From contig JAUZTB010000098.1 of NCBI GenBank assembly GCA_034780895.1, positions 76,786,993 through 76,850,992 on the forward strand: DNA of 64,000 nt, written 5' to 3'. Origin of the DNA: Rhynchobatus australiae. Taxonomy: Eukaryota. The position numbers and the translations under genes were made by a program. Positions 37,336-50,600 of the stretch are shown here, in pieces. The notes below the pieces were generated by a model. It was not told where the DNA came from. It saw only the letters and a list, made by a program, of their open reading frames with translations, and did no database searches. The first letter of the stretch is position 1; every line of letters starts with the position of its first letter.

Positions 37336-40300
37336 CTTTCCCTTTATAAAGCATCTCTAAAAAGCACTTTTATAAAAGCACATGCAGGCTGCCTCCAGAA
37401 CACACTACACAGAAGATGTATTTCACCGTGTGTTTCGATGTACATGTGACTAATAAAGATATCTTATTTCTTACCTTATCTTTAACACAGAAAAATATCC
37501 CATAGATGCACACGGAAACAAAAAGTAGTATCAAGCCAAAGAAGGAGATATTAGAATAACCATCAGAAACAGATTTAAAGGACAAACTTAAAGTTAACGA
37601 AAGAGGTAGTGAGGCAGAGAGATTTAAGAATATAATTCTGGACCCAGTGGTCCATATTGCTAAAAGAATACTTACAAATGGCAGGGCAAAGAGAGCTGAT
37701 GCAGGGCATCACAGACCAGAAATTTCAGAATTCTGAATTGTAGAGTCAGAGGAAGTTACAGTGAAAATGAAGCGGGTGGTGGTGATTAGTGAAGCCATGA
37801 AGACACTTGAAGATTAAAGTGGAGGCACTGAGGCTGCAGAATATTGGAAGGGCTGAAGTTTATAGAGTGTAGAAGATAGAAGGCAGTTCAGAAAACAATG
37901 AAATAGTTCCACTAGACAATAACAAAGGCAGCAGAAGGGCAAGAGAGATGATAGAGAGATCGGGTCAAGTGTCTGCATTATGAGTGCATGTGGAACACAA
38001 TGCATGTTCTTGGATGTTGTTTCTTAATAGTGATGTATAGATCAGGAACAAGAGGAAGACACAGACTGAAGTGTACCAGTGTATGCCCAGGTAGAAGGCA
38101 TTGCTGTTGATGGTCGGCCTCTGATTGAATATCTATGATGATCAGGTCAATCCCACTCAGCCAGACAAGAAAGGATATGGAAGCCAATGTTGTGTTTGAT
38201 CATTTTGGTTTTCCAGAAGTATGACGGGATAACACACTTAAGTATTAATGATAGGGGATGTCACTTGACACTTTTATTGGAGTAATTTCATTGCTTTGGC
38301 AAGGGCAGAAATAGAATCAAATAAATTCAAAAATGGAGCTGTGGGAAAAAAAATGGGTACAGCTTTGCAAATCAACAGCATTCTAAAGAAAATGAGCTTA
38401 CTGCACTAGAGAATAACTAACTAAATTCTCGAAAGCAGCACTATGCTAAACACCAAAACTATTTCTGGCAGTTTCCCTGTGTACTACGTGATCTTATATT
38501 CTGCTATGTTTATTTAGCCTAAATGTTAATAACTGAATGTTTCTATTGAATCTCTTAGCAAGCAGATCATATTTATTTACAGACAGGAGAAGCTGGCAGC
38601 CAGCAATCCTACAGCATTACTGTGTTAAATAGATGATAACAACCAAATAGCACTGGAAAGTACAAATTAGGAAATTGCTTTCTTTCTGGAGTATCCAAAC
38701 TGAAAAAAGCATGTAAGCAGATTTGGAATGTATTTTGAAAGATAAACTTTGAGCAAGTAGCAGGGCTGGATTCCAAGGGACCACCTTGATGAAAGATTGG
38801 CAACCTGAACTATTAACTCTGCTTCTCTTTCCACTGATATTGCCTGGGCTGCCAAGGATTTCCAACATTTTCTGATTCTATTCCAAGAGCTTATGATTCC
38901 TACTGAAGTACATGTTTAGTAACAACTTTGAATCCTTCATACAGTACCTTAACTGTTAATTATAGATGCATACAATGCATCTGAATCCATTTTGCTCAGT
39001 AGATGGCATGGACAAAGAGGTAGAGCACAGAAATTCATGCAAATATCAGATTCTTTTGAATGTTTGTACAATTGAAATTTGACTTTACCCATTATTCACA
39101 CATGTTGCCATTATTTAGTGGGCAATGTTCCTTTTGCAGTGAAGTGCCACAGGTCTAATTTTTAAGGTTACTGAATTTAACCCAAGTTCTTCTGTGAACC
39201 ACCATCATTGTTACTGCTGGGACAACCATGTTTTATTCCACTGCGCTGCAGGATTGGGACCCTGTCAAATAAGTCTGAACCATATGGCACCAACAAACCC
39301 CTTCCCCAATTTCACTCCTGACTCCCCGCAACACAGCCCCCAACTTCCAGATATTCAAGAGCTTCCCATTCCCTAACCCTCTGATGTCATTCTAGTGTTC
39401 CAGGCCACTGGTGGCCAGAACCTTATTTGAAGACTCCTTTCCTAGCCCTAATCATCTTTGTAGACTCATCACGATCCTCACCATCCTTGAAGGCAACTCT
39501 ACTCTATTCCCTACTGGCCACTTACCTTTCTGAGGAACTCAATCCCAGACCCTAACCTTGGGCTTTGGCCACCAGCCTGCTCTTCTGCCTAAGTCCCCTT
39601 GTTCTCCCCTACCACCCCAAAATCCCCAGATCCAGTCCCAGATGAGAGTATATTCCATCAAGGAAAAAAAAGCAACATGCTTTCACTAGTGCATGAGGAC
39701 TTTTGTGCATTAGAATTTCTAGACAAGAATGAAATAAGGAATAACATAATATATACATTTCCCAATGGGCATTCTATACAAGGAAGGATATCCCTCTCTC
39801 GTGTGGGTCTGATGTTTTTAAATTTCCTTTTCTCTGACAGGTTTCCACTTCATTCTTCTTCACAACTCTTCAGATTTACACTTATCTCTGGTTTTCTTTC
39901 TTTTGTATCTTTTCTGATGATGGGGGTGGTGTTATAATGAATTGGGCTATCAATATCTGCAGGCTGATTTAGGGTTGGGACTGAAAGTTGTTCTTCCAGT
40001 TTCTAGATTTTTGCCTTTTAAAAAATGTGATCTATCTTTCTTTAGCCCAAAGCCAATGATCTTTTCACAATGTGCTCCATTCATCAGCTTTCTTCAAAAA
40101 CATCTTGAAAACTTTGTTTCCTCATTTTGTTATTTCACACTTCACTTTGTTCTTTTATACAGGGGCCATTATAAGAATGCAAAAAACTCAAATAAAAATA
40201 CATGAGTGTGAACTCAAGTCACTTAGTTCCTTGGTGATGTGTAGGTCCATGCTGGAACACAAATCAATGCCACAGCTGCAAGATATAATGCTCCCTAATC

Positions 40301-41120
40301 ATACACTGCCTTTATGCAAGCAATGAATTTAGTCAGGCACAGCATATAAAAAATATTTAAACACTGGATGCAAGAGGTTTATGGCAGATAAATAATGTTC
40401 TTTTATGGTTGATGCATTTTTAATTGATTGCTTTAAATGTCATAGCAACAGAACCTTACATAGGATATGCACAGAAACTTGAATCAGTCTTATGTTTTAT
40501 GTTGTGCTAATTGAAAATAAAATTATTACAGGACAGACTAATTGGCATTTTTCCCTAGTATGTACATCTTGTCTTACAGCAAAATAAAAAGAACACCTGT
40601 TCAGTAACAGCGCTTTCACTTTCTGATATATTGCAAAACAAATAATTGAACACATTGCTAACAATAGGTATGAATACTTAAAAAATACGTGGTTCACTTT
40701 TGCAAGACTTTGCAAAGAGGTACTGAACAATCTAGTATGTCATTTACTCATTTTCAACGGGAGAGCATTTCCTTTAGATACGATACCTAACCTTAATATT
40801 AACCATCATAATAGGTGCGAAAGCATCAGGAAAGTCAAAAAAGTAAAAATAAGGAACATATTCCCAACCCATTATTACAGTTTTAAGGCAAGCAAGCATC
40901 TTAACATGGAAAGATGGGATATTTCAATTACTTAAATTGGACTTCCAATGCACTACCAGGACCTGATTTAAAATTCAGGATGTGTACACTTCCCAAACCT
41001 CAGGAATCTCTAATAAAAGAAAGCAGACATTACTGGCTGAAGGATAAATGCCTTTAAAGCATTCCTTGTAGGCCAGGACGACAAAAGAGCAACCCCAAAC
41101 CATTAAACTCCACTCTGCTG

Positions 41121-41124
<4 letters not shown>

Positions 41125-41158
<34 letters not shown>
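41125..41158. repeat. (TC)n microsatellite
   Basis: Direct reading. Confidence 0.9.
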
Positions 41159-41161
<3 letters not shown>

Positions 41162-42694
41162 ACTGTGGTAGTGTAACTTTTTTCCAGACCCTATCCTGCC
41201 CAAACAAAAATTGGCTCAACTTTCTGCAATGCACTTTCACTATTGTCTCATTACCCCTAGCCCTGATTTTCTGGCTTTCCACGCCACCCCACCCCTCCAA
41301 ATTACTGAGACCTCTTGTCGCTGTTCTCTTGCTTAACAACCACTGGCCTGTTAGGTCAGCTGACAGCTGGACATGGAATCATAGCAATAATTATGCTGAG
41401 GTCCCGCTGAATTTCTGTGTTCCTGGCCTCAACAAATTTCAGTTTGCTACATCCTCCCCTGCCCCTGCCCCCCCCCCCAAAGTGTCTTTTTGAGCAAGTT
41501 GAGGAGAAAGACTGCCTCTTTGAATGTAGTTAGACAAAAGTGTGACCACTGAGGTATTCTTTAGGAGAGTGAAAATATAGTTGGTCATAAGTTTCAAGTG
41601 ACACTTGAAAAATATTATTTGCAGAAGCTATAGTATTTAATAAAATAAAACCATTGAGTTAAAAAAACTGTGAAAGTGTGTTTCTGGATTCATTGACCAA
41701 GATTGATTATCTAGTTTTAGTTATTCAAGCAATGAGAATTTCCAGCCAACACCTGTCACCCTTTCGCATGCTTTTCTTCTAAAATTAGTGAAAGGTTGCT
41801 GCAAATTTCGACAACTTAATTACAAATCTTTCTTGATTCTCATTTTCCTGTATCCAGACTTACAAATCAAATTTTTTTTCAGGTTGGCATAAGAGCATAT
41901 ATTTTTAAATAACTCAGTCCCTCCAAATAGAGTTTGAGCACAATTTATCTTTGTTCAAATTGATAGCAGCAATGGGGCACAGCATTATTTTACAATTCCC
42001 CTTCATTCATCCAGCTTTGCCAAACCTCAAGTTAAAAGAACAGATGGTTGCTTTCAACGTGAGTCACAGAAACTGAAGTCTCAAATCCAGAATGCCAAGG
42101 ACTTTTTAGCAGAAGCTTCGAACCCTCTCTGATGATCTTCCAACAAAATTGGAACTTTTACAACTGTTTCTGTTAAAATAAAAATTTCCTTTCATAAATT
42201 CTGTAAAAGCAAATTTTATTCTGTATCTGACATTTGAGTAGTGATTTATACATTCTGTGAGGGTGAATTTCCATTACCTGAATGGCTGCAATGCACTGGT
42301 TGCTTGTATTATAATAAATTCTCCAGTGAACCTGGTAAATTTCAGGGCAATGTGGGAACTGGGGACCAGGTGAGTCCTGGGGGAGTGCAGGAATCAAGGA
42401 CCCAGTGAGTCTTGGGGGAGGGTGGGAACTAGTCAGTTTCGGAGGAGTGTGGGAAGCATTACCTGGTGATCCAGCTGCTGAACTGTTGGGAATATCAATG
42501 GTTGGATAGTGGATTATTGGAGTTTTGATAGATGGACACTTGTGTGCCAATTCTCCTGAATATATTTGTTGAGAGCAGGTGTTTTAAATTTAGGAACTGA
42601 TCCCGATATCAGCTTACTGAAGGCCAGGTGGAATTTTGATTCCAGTTAGGGCAGATTAAGAGTACATAAAAAGCTAGCATTTGAAAAAGTAAAA

Positions 42695-42950
42695 CTAAAA
42701 CAGAAAATGTTTGAAACACTCAGCAAATCAGGCAGAGTTCACGTTTCACGTTGAAGACCTTTTGTTGGAATCAGTTGACAAGATGGTTAATAGGGAAATA
42801 CAGAACTTATTATAGATCCAAGTTGGCTTTCATCAGTGACTCTACATTTTGTCCACAAAATGCTGGAAGAACTCAGCAGGTCAGGCAGCATGCTGAGTTT
42901 TTCCAGCATTTTGTGTGCATTGCTCCAGATTTCCAGCATCTGTGGTCTCA
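42695..42950. repeat. Collapsed inverted-terminus element containing a 25-bp-stem hairpin
   Basis: 42854-42878 pairs with 42891-42915 (one mismatch), 12-nt loop. Confidence 0.75.
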
Positions 42951-44734
42951 TGTCTATATTTGTCCACGTGCTTAATTTGAAAAGAGTTATCAAAGCTAAT
43001 AAGTTTTTATCCCAGATTTAAGTGAATATACCATAATACCCAATATCGGTTTTGACAAGAAATGCATTCCTGATCGTTCTCAAAAATGCATCTTGCATCC
43101 ATCATATGTTGGGCCATTTGAAGTGCAGTATCTACTTATGAATTAAAATGCAACTTAAAGAAATAAAATGTAATTCCTTAGGCTTGCTAAAAATATTTGC
43201 ATCAGTCCTCTTGACAGATAAGGCATCTGAAGCAAATTAAAAGTCAAATAAGCAACTTACTAAACATAATCTCATTATCTTTTTAAAAAAAAATACAAAT
43301 TACATACCTAAGAAGTTCCATCCATGCATTCCAAAGTACAAAGAAACTGGAAGAGATGCAGAAGATTGTCCTTTTGGATTGGAAAATTGCCAGTGTCACT
43401 CCATCCAAGAGGATTTGTTGGCCAGTTATTTAACATATGCTGTGAGAAAATTGCTAGAACTTGTCATCTGGGTGGAGTGATTGTGCAGTTGGACAAATAT
43501 ACACTCATCAGTGAGAGAAGCTTGGATCTGTAACAAGTTCTGCGATTCTCTCACCTGTGGATAGTTTCTCATTAACCATCTAAACTGGTTAATCATCTTA
43601 AATAAGCCATGGACAGGGCTTATTTCCCAATTACACTTCAAGGCATGGCTGTAACTCACTGCCTCACCTCATGGCTCTGAGACCTTCTGGGCCAGTGAAA
43701 TCAGCATTCTTGATCTAGCAAAGCTAAGAACAGGGAAAGTGACTAGCGAGTGCTGAGAGCAGATCCAGCTCGGGAAAACCTAGGCCACAGAGGTAACCAG
43801 TTTGATATTCAGTGGTATGTGTTGGGCAATATTTTGGCTCTTAAAAAAAATGCTATCAATTTTAAAATCTACTGTTTGAAATTGCATTACAAAGATGAAA
43901 ACTCATTTTCTTATGGCACATTTTAAGATAAAGAAATAGCCAATTAAAACTGCATAGAAAACACACATTAGCTAGAAGACTCGCACAGAAATCATCCTTT
44001 TAGATCAAGATAACTGTACCTAGTCTTAATTCTACATCTAAAGTGTCTAATAACACTTGTTTGTTTCTCATGTAACTGATATACTCAAATATATTTCAGC
44101 AGAGGTGTCATCTGTATTCACAGATTACCTAGTCAATCTTGTTTAAGCAGGGATTTGAGTGAGGAAAGCAACTTATTTTTTTAAGAAAGAAAACAAGCTC
44201 TTTTGCAGTCTTTTAGGAAATCTCAGCCCTTCCTGCAGATTCATTCCCAGAAATATTGAAAATATTCTATCCAACTTCCAATTTTGAACGTGTAAATAAC
44301 ATAAGATTTGTCTTGTATCCTAAGGGAATAAAATTAGGTAATTATCTCAGTATAATAGTTGAGTGGATCTTAGAATACTGTACTCATGAATAGTCAGATG
44401 AGTAGACACTTCCTTTAGTTAAGGGGATTTCTGGAGGAGCAACATTGCTTAGGCATATTTTTGACATCTTGGCTTACAAGAAATCTGGAAGGTGGTGACA
44501 CTAAAGTAACTCATTGAGGCAATAGTTTGAGCTTGGCTGCAAACACCAATGCATAATCTGCAACTGCTGTAATAAAGGTCAACATTGGTTCCACGACAAC
44601 AGTACTCTTTAACTGGTGTTGTAGGAAAATTATTATTAAGTATTTACCAAATAATATTGTTTATCTCTAACGGTAATTCAATATTTTGTAATTTATTTTA
44701 AAGTTGATTTTCCCAACACTTTTAAGATTTTATT

Positions 44735-44940
44735 GGGTGGCACGGTAGTCTAGCGGTTAGCGCAAAGGAGTTTGTACGTTCTCCCGTGTCTGCGTGGGTT
44801 TCCTCCGGGTGCTCCAGTTTCCTCCCACATTCTAAAGACGTATGGGTAGGTTAATTTGGGGTTTAAAATGCGTAGCGTGGACTCGTTGGCCCGGAAGGGT
44901 CTGTTACCAAGCAGTAAATAAAATTTAAAGTTTAAATTTA
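44735..44940 (+). mobile_element. V-SINE copy of the same subfamily lacking the B-box segment
   Basis: Collinear with 62357-62611 but jumps from GGTTAGCGCA to AAGGAGTTTGTACG. Confidence 0.85.
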
Positions 44941-45859
44941 TTAATATCCAATATATCCTTGTACATTCATCCATTAAAAATCCTAGTGAAATTTGCTACT
45001 CTTTGCATACCACTGGATATATCTCAAAAAGCAATATAGTCCACAAAATACCAATATATTTCTTGCTGGTCTCCATGGTCTGGTTCACACAAGTTTATCA
45101 GTTTTCTTTCACCAGTGAATTCCCACTTTATTGTGCTATTACTTGCTCAGTTAATTTTTTAAGCTGCAAAAAAATTAGGAGTCATCTTTCTGATATGCCT
45201 AAAACTTGTACAATGGATGTGCTTTTAACAATGTTCTTTGGAAACAGTGTCTTGAAAGCAAAATACAGTTTCAGCTCGAATATCTTAAATGCACTGCCCC
45301 AATTATTTTCCTGGGTTCAGTCTAGTCTTTGATGAAATGAATATGTAACACTATATTTACATTAAGCAAAATCGTTAATTCAAGCTTGAAGTAGAATTAC
45401 CAGCAAGATGCTGAAGAAGGGTCCTGACCCAAAACATTGACCGTCTGTTTTTCTCTACAGATGTCGTCTTGTCTGCTGAGTTGGAGAACACTGCAGTCTG
45501 TGTTATTTTCATATCCCATGAAACTTCTCTGTGTAGGTTTACTTTTGGAGTTCATGAGTACAATAATAGTCTACGGCAGGAAGATGGACTTATCAAAATC
45601 TTGCATTGGACTATCACATTATATTTACTTAGGGATGTAATTTACTAAGCATACACAATTTTAATTTCACAAGTTATTAAATCTTGCCATTTTGACACTC
45701 AAGTTTGCACAAAAATTTACCACATTTAAAAACCAGTGTCTCACTTCTGCAGTGTGCTTATCCTCCAATGCAAACAAAATTGGCCCTCTCTTGGAGCTGC
45801 GTTATATGGTCTAGGCCTTTAAACTAATGACGGGGAGGGTCCTTAAGCACAAAGTTTTA

Positions 45860-47381
45860 AAAATGATGCAATAATAAAAAGTTTTTATTTAATGTTTACA
45901 ACTAGATAGCAGAGGGGCTCAAAAATCTCTTTGAAATAGGGTACATCAAAAAGTTTAGGAGCCTCTGGTATCCAATGGTATTTTAATTCACAAATTAATT
46001 AACAGCTACACAAGATGCTCAGCATTTCTGGCCTCTGTATAGATCCCCCAACTGCTTTAATATTTAATTTCAAGCCTGACATTACTACCTGCATAGTATC
46101 ATCATACTGGATTGGAAGAGATTCCATAGAGACAAAAACTTGGTAAGATATTTACATGTCAAAACTCAAATATGCAAACAAAATACACACAACAGTTACA
46201 TGGTTCCAGGCTGTAGAATGTATTCTAAAACACTGAAATGCTGTACCAATTAAATACAGTTTTGCTGAAATAATATATATTACAACTCTGTACATAGTCA
46301 TACAAAAACACTACAAAGGGAAAATATATACAAAAAACTAATTCAGCAGCTCTTGAGCAAGTCCCAAGTTTTTCATTATTAAAATTAACAATCGGCCTTT
46401 CATCATCACATTTTTCCAAACAGGCTGACTCTTAAGTACCTACAATTTTGCACAACTCTATGTACACTGGATGGCTTTGAAACAGTCTTTAGTCCATCAG
46501 ATCATACCTTCACTGCATGGATGCAGTAAACCTTTCAACTATATATAATCCTGTATATAAATTATTTTAACCAAATCATCCAATGAGATCTTTCATTATA
46601 TACACTGTTGCAAAATGTACCTTTACTTTGCATTCTTCAGCAAATGCATGCACACATACTCTCATAAGCCAATACAATAGATTTTCTGTCTGCTCCCTAC
46701 ATTCTTGCAGTAATACTGTTTAAGCACTAAACTGCCAAAAGGCAAATGAGACTACAGGTGTTTAGACTTGTAACATGCAAAGCCTCAAGCCACAGGTCCA
46801 AGCTAGTAGTGGAACCAAGACCCATGTGAAGCTTAATCAGCAGTGGTAAACTTTGGAAGACAACAACCGCATAGAATAATCAGTTTTGTTTAAATGTGCT
46901 TATTAGACAATAGTAATAAGGCAGCATGATACAGAGTAACAAAAACACGGCACATTAATAAAATCAAAAAAGTGCCTACAGCCTAGAACTCAATTTTATG
47001 AAGGTCAAAATTAAAATTAAGAGGTTCCTGATTCTAATCAAGATCTTTGGTAATTAAGAACCAATTTAGAGATCTCTGTGACTTGCATCCAAATCATTTT
47101 AATAAAAATACCTATTTACTGATTAAAATCTCAAGTTACTTTGTAATGCAGAAGGTGATGTTCTCATAGCTGGTTAAGGGTATTTTACATAGGCTAGCCA
47201 TATTTTAGTGTACTTCAGATGTGTTACCAGCAAATATACTTTATTTTTTACAAAAGGCAAAATATTAAAGTTTTATTCTATCCTCTATATCACAGAGTAA
47301 TATAAACAAAAACTGTACAAGTATAAAATGCTCCATTAAGATGCCTATACAGTAACATGTAATAAGTGCAAATGTTGCAGT
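45860..47381 (-). other. Probable KIF13A 3'UTR with AATAAA at 45889-45884
   Basis: Repeat-free AT-rich stretch after the stop; AATAAA on the minus strand followed by a T-rich downstream element. Other AATAAA hexamers lie near 47240 and 47272. Confidence 0.55.
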
Positions 47382-47662
47382 TCAGTTCGTCCAGGATTTC
47401 CTGTTCTGCTTCTTGGAGGATACAGTAACTCCTGATTTGTGAAGTGCTGTTCCTTCAGGTTTGGTGGATGGGGTCACCTGTGACCTCTGGCGATTGACAC
47501 TTTTCCGCTTCTCATGACCTGTGGATGCCTGCCCTTCAGGTAGGGTGCTGTGCCGCTTCACTGTATTGGAGACCTGAATAAGCCGGTTTGGACGAACAAA
47601 AACACCACAATTTGGATTGCAGCGAAAGTATTCCTTTCCTTGAATGGTGCCTTGATGTTTCC
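47382..47662 (-). CDS. KIF13A: KIF13A last coding exon (second half of CAP-Gly, ends NRKSWTN*)
   Basis: Acceptor CATGTAG, phase 1; GKHQGTIQGKEYFRCNPNCGVFVRPNR; stop TGA at 47384-47382. Confidence 0.9.
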
Positions 47663-50600
47663 CTACATGAGTTATAAATGCAAAAAACAGCACTGAAACT
47701 ATGCCCTCTTCTGAAAGATAGAGGGCAAAATATGACATTTCAAACTTAAAGCCATGAGGAACTATGTGATTTGGACTTGACAATATCTAAGCTTGAGGAA
47801 GAGATTGCTTCAAAAAAAAACTAAAGGCTGTACAGATGGCCATAGCAACCATATATAAAAGCCTAGTTCATTTCCTCGAAAGTGCAATTACAAATAAGAA
47901 CATAAGAAACAGGAGGAAGCCAATCAGCGTTTTGGGTCTGCTCCACCATCCAATATCCAATTTGCCTTGGCACCATTTCCATGCTCTCCCCCAATATCCC
48001 TCAACTCCCTCGTAGTTCAAATGTCAATTTCCACCTTGTATATTAATCCACCTCCACAGCCCTCTTTGGTAGACAATTCAGAAGATTCACGACCCTTAAC
48101 GAAGAAATTCCTCCTCCGGCTTGTGTGGAAAACCCTTATTCTGAAAGAATGCCCATAATTCTTGATACATGTTTCGATAAAATGACCTCTCATTCTTCTA
48201 TAATCCAAAGGTCCAACCTTTGCAAACTTTCTTTAATATACCAACCAGTTCATCCCAGAGATCAACCTAGTGAAGCTTGTCTGCACAGCCTCCCATACAA
48301 ATATATCCTTACTTAAATATTGAGTTCAAACCTGTATGCTGAACTCCAGATGCAGTCTCACCTCTTATGCCTCTTAAAATAAAGGCCAATATCCCATCTG
48401 CTGTCTTATACTGTACCTACATGCTAACATTTGGTGTTCCATGTGCAAGGTTCTCCAAATCCCTTTATTACATTCTGAAATCTCATTCCTTCTAAATACA
48501 AAATTATTTTTACATTCTTCCTTTCAAAGTGAAGAGGCCTCACATTTTTCCAGATTATATTCTATCTGCCAGCTTCTCGCTCCACTCACTTATCCCACCT
48601 ATAATCCTTTGCAAGCTCTTTGTGTCCTTCTCAGATCTTGCTAACCCATCCCATCACTGCATCATCTGCAAGTTTGGGTACAGTACACTCAGTCCCCTCT
48701 TCGAAGTTACACTTGTAGATTATAAATAACTGAACTCTCAGCACAGATCCCTCTGGCACTCCACCTGTTACTAACTGCCAATTTGACTAGATAAATAAGC
48801 TAAGAGATGGATCAGTAGATGAGCAGTGGTAGATATTTAAACAGCTAGTTCATAATGCTCAGCAAAAATTTCTCTCAACATGAAAGAGCAATTCCATGAG
48901 AAGGAGCCATACTTGGTTAACAAAAGGGGTCAAGATAATGTTAAATCAAAAGTAAGGCTAAGTAGCAAGGGCTGGTAGTGGAGGAGAGGACTGGGAATTT
49001 TTCAGGAACCAGCAACTAAAGACTGAAAATCTCATAAGGAGAAAATTGATTTTGAGGGCCAACTTGCATGTTAAAGTCAAAACAAACAGTAAAAGTTTTA
49101 TGGATATTTAAAAAGGAAGATAGTGTAAAGTGTAGGACCTCTAGAGAATGAAGATGTTGAATCAATATCAGGAAAAGGCAGATACACTAAACCAATGCTT
49201 TTGCATCAGCTTTCATAATGGAGGTATGAAAATGACAACAGGTGGGCTATTTTCAAATAGGATGGAAGATCTTGTAAAAAAATTACTATCACAAGCGATG
49301 AGGTATTAGAAAAACTCATGGCATTAACAGCAGATGAGTTGCCAGAGTCCAATGATTTACAACCAAGGATCTTAAAGGAAGTGGCCGCAAGATAGTGAAA
49401 TGGATTAGGTTTTTCAAAAGAATTCCAAGAGGGTATGTGTGGATGTTCAATGGAGTTGGGGGGGGGGGGTGTGTAAGGCAAAAGACGGGAAACTACAAGT
49501 AAGTTAGTTTTAGCATCTTGCCAGCAATAGACATTGAGTCAATAATAGAAGAAATAGCTAATTATTTAGAAAAATGTAATCTAATCAAACCAAGTCATCA
49601 CAGCTTCAAGAAAGGTAAATACTATTTGACAAATTTTCTAGTTCTTTGAGGCTGTAACAAATAGAGTACATAAAGGGGAATCAGTAGATGGTGTGTTTTT
49701 CAGGGTGGAAAGATGTAACCAATGATCAGCTCTTGACTGTCAATTATTTACTGTTTATATTAATGACCTGGGAGGAATGTGTAGAATGTAAGGTATCCAT
49801 ATTTGCTGATGGCATGGAAACAGATGGAAGGGCACTTTGCTAAAATGGTATTATGAATCTGCAACAGATTATAAAGAAATTGAATGAGTGGATGAAACTT
49901 GGCAAATGGAGTTGAATGTGGGCAAGTGTGAGGTCACATACTTCAACTAGAGGAATCAAAAGACAGATTATCTAAATGCAAAGCAAAGGATCAAAATGTA
50001 CCCAATTTCTTTGCTTTTGTATACCAGTGGGAGCTGTTAATGTGTGCTTTTATCTTATTTGCCAGTTTACTTTCATATTGTATCTTTTTTTTATATTTTT
50101 ATGTTATCCTTTATTGGCTTCTTAAAATTTCCCAATCCTCTGGCCTACCTCCAATCTTCCAACATTGTTTGCCTTTTCTGTAAATTTAATTCCATCCTTA
50201 ACTTCCTTAGTCAGTCATGGACAGTGCATCCTTCTTGCAGAAAACAAGTAGTACAAAATGTTTCCTTAAANNNNNNNNNNNNNNNNNNNNNNNNNNNNNN
50301 NNNNNNNNNNNNNNNNNNNNNNNNNNNNNNNNNNNNNNNNNNNNNNNNNNNNNNNNNNNNNNNNNNNNNNCCTTAAATATCAGCCACTGCTGACCCACAG
50401 TCTTATCCTTAAATCTATTTTCCCAGTTCACACTGGCAACTGTTCTCATGCCACTGTATGAGATTTTAAGTTAGGACACTACTTTCAGACTCAAACTTTA
50501 AGGAAATGAACAAATGATTGTACATCTTTGTAATATATTAAGTTACAATTCATAATTGTTCAATACTTAACTGTAAGGATCAATTGCATTGTCCAAAAGA

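Noticed and set aside
44097-45920. CTCF-like motifs (CAGCAGAGGTGTC near 44097, TAGCAGAGGGGCTC near 45907)
   Set aside because: Only partial consensus matches; cannot be supported without PWM scoring or ChIP data
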